Positions 19,123 to 28,016 of a stretch of DNA of 64,000 nt are shown here, piece after piece. Under the pieces are notes generated by a model. It made no database searches, was not told the DNA's origin, and saw nothing but the letters and a program-made list of their open reading frames with translations. Positions within the stretch are counted from its first letter, which is position 1. The number at the start of each line of letters is the position of its first letter. Origin of the DNA: Patescibacteria group bacterium (GTDB lineage Bacteria; Patescibacteriota; Minisyncoccia; Phycocordibacterales; UBA5272); assembly GCA_030916895.1 (NCBI GenBank), contig JAUPVR010000002.1, positions 173 to 64,172 on the forward strand. The letters run 5' to 3'. The translations under genes and the position numbers were made by a program.

Positions 19123-19743
19123 CTACAGGAGAATCGTAAGAATATAGGAAAATATGTGTGGCGCTATTTGTCCATAAAGAATAGATGCCACTAGTATCGC
19201 CCCAACAAGATAGAATGGGTTAAAAAATATCCTTGTATTTAAATATAGTTTAGGAAAAATCGACTGAATTATTGCAATGCCATCAAACGGCGGTACGGGC
19301 ATGAGGTTAAATACACCTAGCGATACATTCACAACAATTATTGTAAAAAGAGCCTGGGCAAAAGGAAGGGTCAAATCTCCAGCATTATTTAAAAGGACAA
19401 AGATAACGCCAGCACAAAACGCAAGAAGAAAGTTTGTCAAAACTCCTGCTGAAGCGACAAAAGCTTCGCCTAATCTACCTTTTACATTGTGAATATTGTA
19501 TGGAACAGGTTTTGCCCACCCAAAAAATAACCCTGCACTTATAAAAGCAAAGAAAGGGACAAGGATGGAGCCGACAAAATCAATGTGTGGTATTGGATTT
19601 AAGGTAAGTCTCCCAGCCCTTTTTGCTGTTTCATCTCCTTGAATGTACGCCGCGTAGCCATGTGCAACCTCATGAGCAATAATAGAGAAAAGGGCTATTA
19701 AGATTGGAAACACCCCTTGCGATAGAGATATGGCTTCTGTCAT
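19123..19743 (-). CDS. M50 family site-2 protease-like membrane metalloprotease
   Basis: HEVAHG (HExxH) inside a TM helix and NLMPVPPFDG (LDG-like) motif; polytopic. Confidence 0.7.
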   Translation of the reverse strand: MTEAISLSQGVFPILIALFSIIAHEVAHGYAAYIQGDETAKRAGRLTLNPIPHIDFVGSILVPFFAFISAGLFFGWAKPVPYNIHNVKGRLGEAFVASAGVLTNFLLAFCAGVIFVLLNNAGDLTLPFAQALFTIIVVNVSLGVFNLMPVPPFDGIAIIQSIFPKLYLNTRIFFNPFYLVGAILVASILYGQIAPHIFSYILTILL

Positions 19744-19838
19744 GGATTACATGATAACACGCACTCCTTGGAAGAAACATAACTCCCCACGCACATCGAA
19801 ATGGAGTGGTTACAAAAAGGCACTCTTTAGTGTGCTTG

Positions 19839-19867
19839 CGAAGTGTTTGGTTTTATGCTAAAGTTTA
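19839..19867 (+). promoter_or_regulatory. sigma70-like promoter TTGCGA-17-TAAAGT with TGn extension, upstream of rpmB
   Basis: ttgcgaagtgtttggttttatgctaaagt read directly; shares a ttttatgcta motif with two other promoters in the window. Confidence 0.4.
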
Positions 19868-19944
19868 GCGACAAAAGTTACTAGGAATTTCTAAGATTTT
19901 CTTTGAAAACTGGTGACCTGTAACTACAAACTATTAACTATTTT

Positions 19945-20148
19945 ATGGCAAACGTCTGTCCACTCTGCTCTAAAGGGTCTAAAGTCGTCGGGAAATACTC
20001 GAACCGTGTTCGTGCTACCAAGTACAATCCATGCGGTGACCGTCGTGTGTACCCGAACCTCCAGTGGGCACGTATTCCTAATGGTCCCCGTGTAAAAATC
20101 TGCACGAGTTGCATGAAGAAAGGTCTTCATCTTCAGATCAAGCTCTAG
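19945..20148 (+). CDS. rpmB: 50S ribosomal protein L28
   Basis: 67 aa; …ATKYNPCGDRRVYPNLQWARIPNGPRVKICTSCMKKG… matches the L28 pattern; followed by a terminator. Confidence 0.7.
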   Translation: MANVCPLCSKGSKVVGKYSNRVRATKYNPCGDRRVYPNLQWARIPNGPRVKICTSCMKKGLHLQIKL

Positions 20149-20156
20149 CGAAACTA

Positions 20157-20198
20157 AAAATCCACCTTGAAACATCGAAAGGTGGATTTTTGTTTTTA
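20157..20198 (+). terminator. rho-independent terminator aaaatccacctt…aaggtggatttt plus T-run
   Basis: 12-bp stem and tgtttttat tail after rpmB. Confidence 0.6.
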
Positions 20199-20437
20199 TA
20201 AAAAACATAGAAACCGTATCTGTCAAAGGTACACTATTTTTCTTTAAGACAAGAACTCACGGATACCTCTTTGGTGAATCAATAAAACCCATACAGTAGA
20301 TAGTTTTTTATCGTCCTTGTCTTTGTCTTAAAAAGAAAATTGTAAGACAAAAAAGATATCCACTTCTCCAAAAAAAAGTCTCTCCCTATACTAAAAATGT
20401 AAGTGAAGAGTCCTTAGCGACGCAGTATTTAAAACAG

Positions 20438-20474
20438 AAAACTATTGCAAAAACCCTTATTTTGCAATAGTTTT
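20438..20474. promoter_or_regulatory. 15-bp perfect palindrome aaaactattgcaaaa-accctta-ttttgcaatagtttt about 100 bp upstream of nrdJ
   Basis: Read directly; candidate operator or attenuator. Does not match the NrdR-box consensus that I recall. Confidence 0.35.
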
Positions 20475-20573
20475 TTGTTTGCTCATCATTGTTTTGATGG
20501 GGATAGTGTGGATAAAAATTGCTTTAAAAACTCTTTCAGTTGCATTACTAAAAATACTTGAAGAATTAAACCT

Positions 20574-22841
20574 ATGAAACCAAAATACAACTCTCTACAA
20601 AAAATACAGAAGCGTGACGGCACCGTTGTGCCTTTTGATGAGAAGCGTATTTTTAGAGCACTTACCCGAGCATTAGATGCAACTGGTGAAGGTTCAGAAC
20701 AAGATGCTGAGAAGGTCATGTACAAAGTACTCGACGCTCTCCTTGGTATCAAAACTGGCACCAAGGATAAACATTTCACGCCCCATGTAGAACTGATTCA
20801 AGACATTGTAGAAAATGAACTCATCGCTCTTAATTTTCCACAAACAGCCAAAGCGTACATCCTCTACCGAAAGACACATGCGGAAATGCGAGAAAAGGTT
20901 GGATTTGTACCTGAAAAAGTAAGGGGCCTCGTAACTGAAAGCAAAAAATACTTCCGAAACCCACTTGCAGAATTTGTATACTTTAGAACCTATGCAAAGT
21001 GGATGGACCACGAAGGACGACGAGAAACATGGATTGAAACCGTAGATAGGTACATGAAATTCATGCATGACAACATGAACGGCTCTCTTACAACGTCTGA
21101 ATACAACGAGATTCGCGAAGCAATATTAAAACATGAGGCCATGCCTTCAATGAGACTTCTCCAATTTGCTGGAAAAGCTGCTTCAAAGACAAATGTTTGT
21201 GCGTACAACTGTTCCTTCATTGCACCAGAAACATTCCAAGATTTTGCAGAGATTATGTACATTTCTATGTGTGGAACAGGTGTTGGTTGGTCTGTTGAAA
21301 GCCGAAATATTCAGGCGTTACCTCAAATTAAGATACAAACCGGTAAAAAACTTCCAGCGTATATCATCCCTGATAGCAAAGAGGGTTGGGCTGATGCTTT
21401 CGCTTTTGGGCTTAAGACGTGGTTTGATGGGCATGATGTAGAATTTGATTATTCTCTTATTCGCCCAGCAGGTTCACGCCTAAAGACAATGGGTGGAAAA
21501 TCTTCTGGTCCTGAACCGCTTCGTTCACTTATTAACTTTTCACGAGAACGTATCATGAAAAGGCAGGGTCGCCACCTTACAAACCTCGATGCTCACGACA
21601 TCATCTGTAAAATTGGTGAATGTGTCGTTGCAGGAGGTGTACGAAGAAGTGCGATGATATCACTTTCTGATTTGGATGATGAAGCCATTCGTGATGCAAA
21701 AAAAGGCCAGTTTTACTACACCGAACCACAAAGAATGCTTGCAAACAACTCGGCCGTGTACCTCACCAAACCATCAGCAGAAGAGTTTATGGATGAGTGG
21801 GTGGCACTTATGAAATCAGGCAGTGGAGAGCGCGGAATCTTTAATCGTGGAGGCCTTGAAAAGACCTTACCAAAAAGAAGACTAAATCAATTCAAGGGTG
21901 GAATTTACCCAGCATGGGGAACAAATCCTTGTGGGGAAATTATTCTCCAGTCAAAACAGTTCTGTAACCTAAGTGAGGTTGTTGCTCGTGCAGAGGATAC
22001 TGAGGAAACACTCATGAAAAAAATGCGGGTAGCAACCATTCTTGGAACATTCCAGTCAACGCTAACCTACTTCCCATACCTATCAAAAGAATGGAAAAGA
22101 AACTGTGAGAAGGAGCGTCTCCTTGGTGTTTCTATAACCGGTCAATGGGATTCAAAGGCGGCACGTGATCCGAAAATTCTTGAAAAATTGAAGAACTACT
22201 CAATTGAAATCAACAAGAAATATGCGAAGCGCTTTAAGATGAACGCATCGACATGTATCACCTGCGTCAAACCATCAGGTACCGTATCTCAGACTGTCGA
22301 CTGCGCTTCAGGTATGCATGCTCGCCATGCGCCATACTACATTCGTCGAGTACGCATCGCAGCAACTGACAGCCTCTTTAAGATGCTTAAGGACCAGGGG
22401 GTCCCTTACTTTCCAGAAGTTGGTCAGACGCTTGAAAGTGCAACAACGTACGTTCTTGAGTTTCCAGTAAAATCTCCTAACGGAGCGATTTGCAAAGATG
22501 ACATCTCAGCAATCGATCAGCTTGAACACTGGAAGGTGGTGAAGAAACACTACACCGAGCACAACCCCTCGGTCACCATCTCGATTGGTGATGACGAATG
22601 GATTCGTGTTGCAAACTGGCTCTATGAAAATTGGGATTTGATTGGGGGACTCTCATTCCTTCCTCGATCAAACCACATCTACCAGCTCGCTCCATATGAA
22701 GAAATAAATAAAGAGCGTTACGAAGAAATGAAAAAGAGACTTGAACACTTGGACTTCTCAAAAATCGTCACGTACGAATCCGTAGATGAAACTGAACTGA
22801 AGAAAGAACTTGCCTGCGCCGGAGGCACATGCGAAATATAA
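20574..22841 (+). CDS. nrdJ: ribonucleotide reductase, class II (B12-dependent)-like, with N-terminal ATP-cone
   Basis: N-terminal KRDGTVVPFDEKRIFRAL (ATP-cone); PCGEIILQS..FCNLSEV active-site region; C-terminal CAGGTCEI. Confidence 0.8.
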   Translation: MKPKYNSLQKIQKRDGTVVPFDEKRIFRALTRALDATGEGSEQDAEKVMYKVLDALLGIKTGTKDKHFTPHVELIQDIVENELIALNFPQTAKAYILYRKTHAEMREKVGFVPEKVRGLVTESKKYFRNPLAEFVYFRTYAKWMDHEGRRETWIETVDRYMKFMHDNMNGSLTTSEYNEIREAILKHEAMPSMRLLQFAGKAASKTNVCAYNCSFIAPETFQDFAEIMYISMCGTGVGWSVESRNIQALPQIKIQTGKKLPAYIIPDSKEGWADAFAFGLKTWFDGHDVEFDYSLIRPAGSRLKTMGGKSSGPEPLRSLINFSRERIMKRQGRHLTNLDAHDIICKIGECVVAGGVRRSAMISLSDLDDEAIRDAKKGQFYYTEPQRMLANNSAVYLTKPSAEEFMDEWVALMKSGSGERGIFNRGGLEKTLPKRRLNQFKGGIYPAWGTNPCGEIILQSKQFCNLSEVVARAEDTEETLMKKMRVATILGTFQSTLTYFPYLSKEWKRNCEKERLLGVSITGQWDSKAARDPKILEKLKNYSIEINKKYAKRFKMNASTCITCVKPSGTVSQTVDCASGMHARHAPYYIRRVRIAATDSLFKMLKDQGVPYFPEVGQTLESATTYVLEFPVKSPNGAICKDDISAIDQLEHWKVVKKHYTEHNPSVTISIGDDEWIRVANWLYENWDLIGGLSFLPRSNHIYQLAPYEEINKERYEEMKKRLEHLDFSKIVTYESVDETELKKELACAGGTCEI

Positions 22842-22879
22842 ATAAATACATTAAAAAAATAAGTCACCAACAAGGTGAC

Positions 22880-23785
22880 TTATTTTTTTGTGACAACATC
22901 AAGAACGCGTCCATCAGAAATAAATGAAATTGTTCCTCGATCAATCGTACTTAGAATTTCTTTCGAATATTTTTTTAATCGTGTAAGTGTTTCTTCATGC
23001 GGGTGACCATAACGATTATCTTTCCCAGCGCTAATCACCGCATACTCTGGACGAATATATGAGAGAAGTTGTTCACCGCTTGATGTATTGCTTCCATGAT
23101 GCCCCGCCTTATACACCGTGACATTCTTTGTAAGTACCTTATTTGTGAGAAGTGATCCTTCCTTCTTTATCGGGAGATCGCCCGTAAAAAGAAAAGAGTG
23201 TTCACCATATGTAACGAGGGTTGCAATTGATGTGTCATTTGTATCTTTTGCGCGAGACTGTATTTCGTTAGGAGAGAGTATGTAAACCGTAACACCATCA
23301 TGAAATATAATCCTGTCTCCTTGTCGTGCGATGGTAACCGTTGCATCTTCATATTCTACATGTCGATAAAAATCATCAAAAAGCTCTGTCGTTCCGCTCG
23401 CGGCGTACACGACAGTACGAATATCAAAACGCTCAAGTGCTGGAATGAGTCCTGTGATGTGATCTGCGTCTCCATGCGTGGCAAGAATCACATCTATGTC
23501 ACGAACAAAAAATGAAAGCTCCTCCGAAAGCTTACTTAAAACTTTATTACTCCCACCACCGTCAATCAAGATTCTCTTCCCGCTTGGGGACTCTATGAGT
23601 ATTGCGTCTCCCTGCCCAACATCAAGAAGTGAAATTTTTAATACTCCGGGGTTTGCGTAAAAGACAATACTAACGGAAAAAACAATACTAAGGACAAAAA
23701 TAAAAACGAGTAAAATTTTCCCGTAGTTTTGAAAAAAGGTGCGCAGAGATTCTTGATTATCATTCACATAAAAATAGTACCACAC
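22880..23785 (-). CDS. ComEC/Rec2-type metallo-beta-lactamase domain protein (C-terminal module of a split ComEC)
   Basis: N-terminal TM; LLDVGQGDAILIE…ILATHGDADHITGL…HHGS MBL motifs; GTG start. Confidence 0.7.
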   Translation of the reverse strand: MWYYFYVNDNQESLRTFFQNYGKILLVFIFVLSIVFSVSIVFYANPGVLKISLLDVGQGDAILIESPSGKRILIDGGGSNKVLSKLSEELSFFVRDIDVILATHGDADHITGLIPALERFDIRTVVYAASGTTELFDDFYRHVEYEDATVTIARQGDRIIFHDGVTVYILSPNEIQSRAKDTNDTSIATLVTYGEHSFLFTGDLPIKKEGSLLTNKVLTKNVTVYKAGHHGSNTSSGEQLLSYIRPEYAVISAGKDNRYGHPHEETLTRLKKYSKEILSTIDRGTISFISDGRVLDVVTKK

Positions 23786-23789
23786 CTAC

Positions 23790-24395
23790 GTGGTGTATAC
23801 TCAAGCGATGGATTTACATGCCCTCATCTCATCATTTTCATATCTCGGCATTTTTGTCTTAATGCTTGCAAATGGTATTGCAAATTTTCCTTCGTCACAA
23901 ATACTCTACGTTGTTGTTGGTTACTTCGTTGGTAACGGCTCACTCTCTCTTGCCCCTGCAGTTATTGCTGGAACACTCGGTAACACGCTCGGTAACATCA
24001 TCACTTTTCTCCTTGTGAAAAAGTATGAACACGCCCTTGCACGAAAAATTCTCATGCTTGATGAAATAACGTTTAAAAAAATCCACTCTGCGCTTCATGA
24101 AACATTCACCCACAGAGGTATGTGGTGGCTCTTCATTGGAAAACTGACACCTTCTGTAAAAGCGTTCATCCCCGTTGTTGCTGGTCTTGCTCAAACAAAA
24201 ACATTTCTTACTTCAATTATCTTCTTTATTGCATCGAGTCTCTGGGCGTTTAGTATCATCTACTTAGGAAAAACCTTTGGGGAACAATTTTCTCTAAAGA
24301 GCTTTATGGGCGTTTCACTCATCGTTGGCCTCACCATACTGTTTGTCGTTTACAAAAATATTTCAAAAAGGTTTCACGCACAAAAAGAAAACTAA
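23790..24395 (+). CDS. DedA/SNARE-associated (VTT domain) family membrane protein
   Basis: Polytopic; …FVGNGSLSL…G.LGN.LGN…; typical DedA size (201 aa). Lies between the two comEC parts on the opposite strand. Confidence 0.65.
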   Translation: MVYTQAMDLHALISSFSYLGIFVLMLANGIANFPSSQILYVVVGYFVGNGSLSLAPAVIAGTLGNTLGNIITFLLVKKYEHALARKILMLDEITFKKIHSALHETFTHRGMWWLFIGKLTPSVKAFIPVVAGLAQTKTFLTSIIFFIASSLWAFSIIYLGKTFGEQFSLKSFMGVSLIVGLTILFVVYKNISKRFHAQKEN

Positions 24396-25897
24396 AACCT
24401 ATATATCGTCTCGTCGCGCGTAACTCCACTTGCCGATAATGTGCTCTTGTCTCTTGAAAGAGACAAGAGTCGTATAAGTGTAACGAGAATAACGTATAAG
24501 GTAACCATACCGAAAAAAGAGATCTGGAAACCGACAGAGGAAAAAGGAAGTACAGAAATGAAGGACGCGAAGCTAATCATTCCATCAATGAATAGCGATG
24601 TAACGGTACCAAAAAAAAGTGGGAGCGCTGTGCTTAAGTATGAAACGAGAATAGTAACACCCGACAGGAACATAGCAACTGGCACAAGTGGCACAATAAT
24701 CATGTTTGTGAAAAGAGCGTAGAGTGACACTTGCCCGAAAACATACATCTGGTAAGGAAGTGTCGCGATATACGCAGCAATTGTCGTCGAAAGAATGTCT
24801 CGAAAAAAGTTAGGTAATCGAAATTTGTCCAATAGTCTTGAAAAGATTTCTCCTAGGTAGATGATGCCTGCGGTCGCAATAAAGGACAGGTGTAGTGATA
24901 CATCGTGAAGAAGTGCGTACGGGTCGTACATAGTAATTACAAATAGTGAAACAAGGAGTGCTTGTTTGGCGATGTACTGTCTTCCGATGGCAACCGCAAG
25001 GAGTGAAATAATCGCCATAAGTGTCGCGCGAATAACACTTGCCTCACCTCCAACCATGACAACAAACATTAGTACAAAAAGTAAGGCGATACTAATTCGA
25101 AAAATAAGTGGAACATAACGAAGAACGAGAAGAACAAATGAAACGATGATTGCAATGTTAAACCCTGACAAAACAACGATGTGCGAAACGCCAGTAATGC
25201 GAAAAATTTCATGTAGATCTTTTGGTATATCATTTGCCCCAAAAAGAATACCGCTTGCAATGGTAGATGCTGGGTAACGAATGTGTTTGTTAAGGTTATC
25301 CGTGAGCACGCTCTTCACATGTTTTAATTTTGCACCAAATGAATATGCGGTCTCACTGACAACAACCACTTTTGGATAGAGCATCTGGCTTCCAATATTT
25401 TTGTTTCGTAAATAAGAAACGTAGTCGAAACTTTTTTGTCCTTCATGTGGGAACAATACTTCTGGTTCTTTAATGGTACCTGTAACCTCAACCGTACTCC
25501 CGACTGAAAAACGTGGGTAGAGTGGTGCATACACCTCCACGTATGCGTGCTTAGTATCAAGTGCGACAATTACTCTCTGATAGGTGTCCCGCATTTCTGG
25601 TTCACGAATAATTTCTCCCTGCACCGAACAAACTTCCAAACATACAAATGGTTGCTTATCGTGTGTGCTTTGAACACGCACAATAGCGACACATAAAGAT
25701 AGTGACACAATTGCTGTTGCAACCGCAACAGAAGAAAAAATATTTTTCTTCTTTGCAATAAAAATAATGATAGCTTGTGTAAGAAAAAGAATGAGCGCAA
25801 CGATTGCCACCTCACTTGCATATGAAAATTGATAGCCAACAAAAATACCACACGCAAACGATGTAAGCGCAAGTGCAATTTTTCCGTGAGACGCCAT
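24392..25897 (-). CDS. comEC: ComEC/Rec2 membrane channel module (DUF4131 plus competence domain), N-terminal part of a split ComEC
   Basis: About 10 TM helices; …ITGVSHIVVLSGFNIAII… competence-domain motif. Confidence 0.7.
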   Translation of the reverse strand: MASHGKIALALTSFACGIFVGYQFSYASEVAIVALILFLTQAIIIFIAKKKNIFSSVAVATAIVSLSLCVAIVRVQSTHDKQPFVCLEVCSVQGEIIREPEMRDTYQRVIVALDTKHAYVEVYAPLYPRFSVGSTVEVTGTIKEPEVLFPHEGQKSFDYVSYLRNKNIGSQMLYPKVVVVSETAYSFGAKLKHVKSVLTDNLNKHIRYPASTIASGILFGANDIPKDLHEIFRITGVSHIVVLSGFNIAIIVSFVLLVLRYVPLIFRISIALLFVLMFVVMVGGEASVIRATLMAIISLLAVAIGRQYIAKQALLVSLFVITMYDPYALLHDVSLHLSFIATAGIIYLGEIFSRLLDKFRLPNFFRDILSTTIAAYIATLPYQMYVFGQVSLYALFTNMIIVPLVPVAMFLSGVTILVSYLSTALPLFFGTVTSLFIDGMISFASFISVLPFSSVGFQISFFGMVTLYVILVTLIRLLSLSRDKSTLSASGVTRDETIYRF

Positions 25898-25901
25898 GGT
25901 A

Positions 25902-26399
25902 CTACGCGAGGTGCGTATAACTCTCTCTTACACCACGATAGAGTTGAACTTCAGCATCATCTGCACATGAAGTTGCGATTGTATCTGCGCGCTCATTAAG
26001 TGGAATACCCACGTGTGCTTGTACATACTTCCAAGTAACGTGTACTTTCTTTTCTTTCAATCTGTCCTCCTCATGTTTTAATTGTTGCCACAAATCTTTA
26101 TTGAGCACATCTTTCTTTGCAGATGTTTTCCACCCCTTCTTGATCCACCCATCAATCCATTCTGTCATTCCCTTTTTCACATATTCACTATCTGTGTTAA
26201 CTTCAACAGTTTTACATTCTTTATTAGAAAGGTGCTTCAACCCTTCAATTGCTCCAAGAAGTTCCATACGATTATTTGTCGTTTTATCTTCTCGTCCACC
26301 AAGTTCAATTACTTCTTCGTCTGTTAAAATAATCGCCGCCCACCCACCAGGACCAGGGTTTCCTCGTGAGCTTCCGTCGGTGTAGATAGTTACTTTCAT
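25902..26399 (-). CDS. rnhA: ribonuclease HI
   Basis: YTDGSSRGNPGPGG…MELLGAIEGL…TDSEYV… RNase H1 catalytic residues. Confidence 0.85.
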   Translation of the reverse strand: MKVTIYTDGSSRGNPGPGGWAAIILTDEEVIELGGREDKTTNNRMELLGAIEGLKHLSNKECKTVEVNTDSEYVKKGMTEWIDGWIKKGWKTSAKKDVLNKDLWQQLKHEEDRLKEKKVHVTWKYVQAHVGIPLNERADTIATSCADDAEVQLYRGVRESYTHLA

Positions 26400-26416
26400 G
26401 TGTACGAGTATAGCAT

Positions 26417-27019
26417 TTAGTGTTTTCTTTTCTTTGTGTGGTGCGAATGCTTTTTAATCGCCTCCTTTACATCCTCAACCCCCGTCATACCGAAAAGAAT
26501 TGTCGTTAAATTTTTAACATTATCAACATCTAAGTCATCTAAAAATTTTGGTTGGTCTTCTACAAAAATAATCTGACTTTTATTGTGGTTTTTACAAATC
26601 GTGTGCAAAGCCTCTTTCTTGCTCCCTTTTACAACAATGATGTCGCTCGCAAAATCCTCCCCTATGCTTCTTTTAATTTTCTCCATCTGATACTCTTTGT
26701 CACCATTAGTAAGAATAATAATATTCTCTCGGCCAAAAGGTTTAATGAGCCTAACAAGTTCATGGTTAGTAAATGTTGCGCAACCTTTCATGATTTCTTC
26801 GTAGACATGCGGTTCTGCAACCTCACCAATATCGGTACGAATAGCAACTGCCCACAAAAACCGCTTAAGCGAAAATGGAATACCTGTCTCTCGATGCTTC
26901 ATATAGAGAAGCTCAGTCATCCTTGGATCAACACCCAACCGCTCTAAGATACGTGTAAAATGTCCTTTCATCTCACGAGTCTTAAACAGCACCTCATCAA
27001 AATCTAAAACAAGTTTCAT
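26417..27019 (-). CDS. HAD-superfamily hydrolase
   Basis: LDFDEVL (DxDx[TV] motif I); …TNGDK…; FVEDQ (motif IV). Confidence 0.5.
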   Translation of the reverse strand: MKLVLDFDEVLFKTREMKGHFTRILERLGVDPRMTELLYMKHRETGIPFSLKRFLWAVAIRTDIGEVAEPHVYEEIMKGCATFTNHELVRLIKPFGRENIIILTNGDKEYQMEKIKRSIGEDFASDIIVVKGSKKEALHTICKNHNKSQIIFVEDQPKFLDDLDVDNVKNLTTILFGMTGVEDVKEAIKKHSHHTKKRKH

Positions 27020-27996
27020 AATTTTTTAAGTACTGACTGTATACCACAAGCAACCTTGAGTGGATCATGTCTAATGAAACTTCGTAACCCACGCAAGATA
27101 TCTCCCTTATTTCCTTTAATTACCTTACGTGATAAAAGTGGTAGACGCATTGCTCGTTTATCTTTAAAATCATCAACCACGAGCACACCATCTCCCTCAT
27201 TTAACTTATAAAGAGAAATCTGCTTTTCGGAAGGCATTTCCTTGTTGATAAAAACGGTATCAACTTTTTTTCCTATATACCTCTCAAGGCTTTCAATATA
27301 ATCAGAGACACTCCAGTGCATAGTATGCCCCTGTTTGTTGGTAAGGTTTACTGGAACAATAATTTTTGCCTTACTTTTTCCAATGGCATCTACAAATCCA
27401 GAAACAATGAGATTTGGTAAAATTGAGCAGTAGTAGTTTCCTGGACCAATGATAATAACGTCAGCCTCCTTAATCGCCCTTCTTGCGTGTTCATTAATTA
27501 AAACCTTACGTGCATATCCTATTTTCTCAACACCAAACTCCTGCAAGTCTGCATGATTGACTGCGTCTTCACCGCGTACAACTTTTTTATTCTTTAGCGT
27601 GATAACAAGCTCTGCGTGATTTTTTGTAATCGGAATAACACGACCTTTCACTTTTAAAATTTCAGAGGCAATTTCTACACCTTGCGCAAAATCACCCGTC
27701 ACCTTTTCAAGGGCCGCAAGAAAAATATTACCAAAACTATGCCCAGATAGTTTCCCTGCAGTAAAGCGGTAACTCATGAGCGCTCGAACGACACTTGTAT
27801 GCTCACTTAGAGCAACCAAGCACTGTCTCACATCCCCTGGTGGTAGCACACCGAGTTCGTCGCGTAAAACCCCTGTCGAACCACCATTATCTGCCATTGA
27901 AACAAGGGCGGTTAAAGAAACATCCGACAAATTCTTAAGTCCAGACAAAATTGCATAGCTCCCCGTACCACCACCAATCGTCACAATTTTCTTCAT
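27016..27996 (-). CDS. YvcK/UPF0052 (CofD-like) family protein
   Basis: IVTIGGGTG…LPPGDVRQCLVAL… hallmark of the gluconeogenesis-factor/YvcK family. Confidence 0.75.
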   Translation of the reverse strand: MKKIVTIGGGTGSYAILSGLKNLSDVSLTALVSMADNGGSTGVLRDELGVLPPGDVRQCLVALSEHTSVVRALMSYRFTAGKLSGHSFGNIFLAALEKVTGDFAQGVEIASEILKVKGRVIPITKNHAELVITLKNKKVVRGEDAVNHADLQEFGVEKIGYARKVLINEHARRAIKEADVIIIGPGNYYCSILPNLIVSGFVDAIGKSKAKIIVPVNLTNKQGHTMHWSVSDYIESLERYIGKKVDTVFINKEMPSEKQISLYKLNEGDGVLVVDDFKDKRAMRLPLLSRKVIKGNKGDILRGLRSFIRHDPLKVACGIQSVLKKL

Positions 27997-28016
27997 ATCT
28001 CCATTATATACAAATC

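Noticed and set aside
20200-20573. Cobalamin riboswitch upstream of the B12-dependent-type RNR
   Set aside because: No B12-box (GCCACTG-like) or the characteristic multi-stem architecture could be found by eye. Only simple palindromes are present. Left as a regulatory-hairpin observation.
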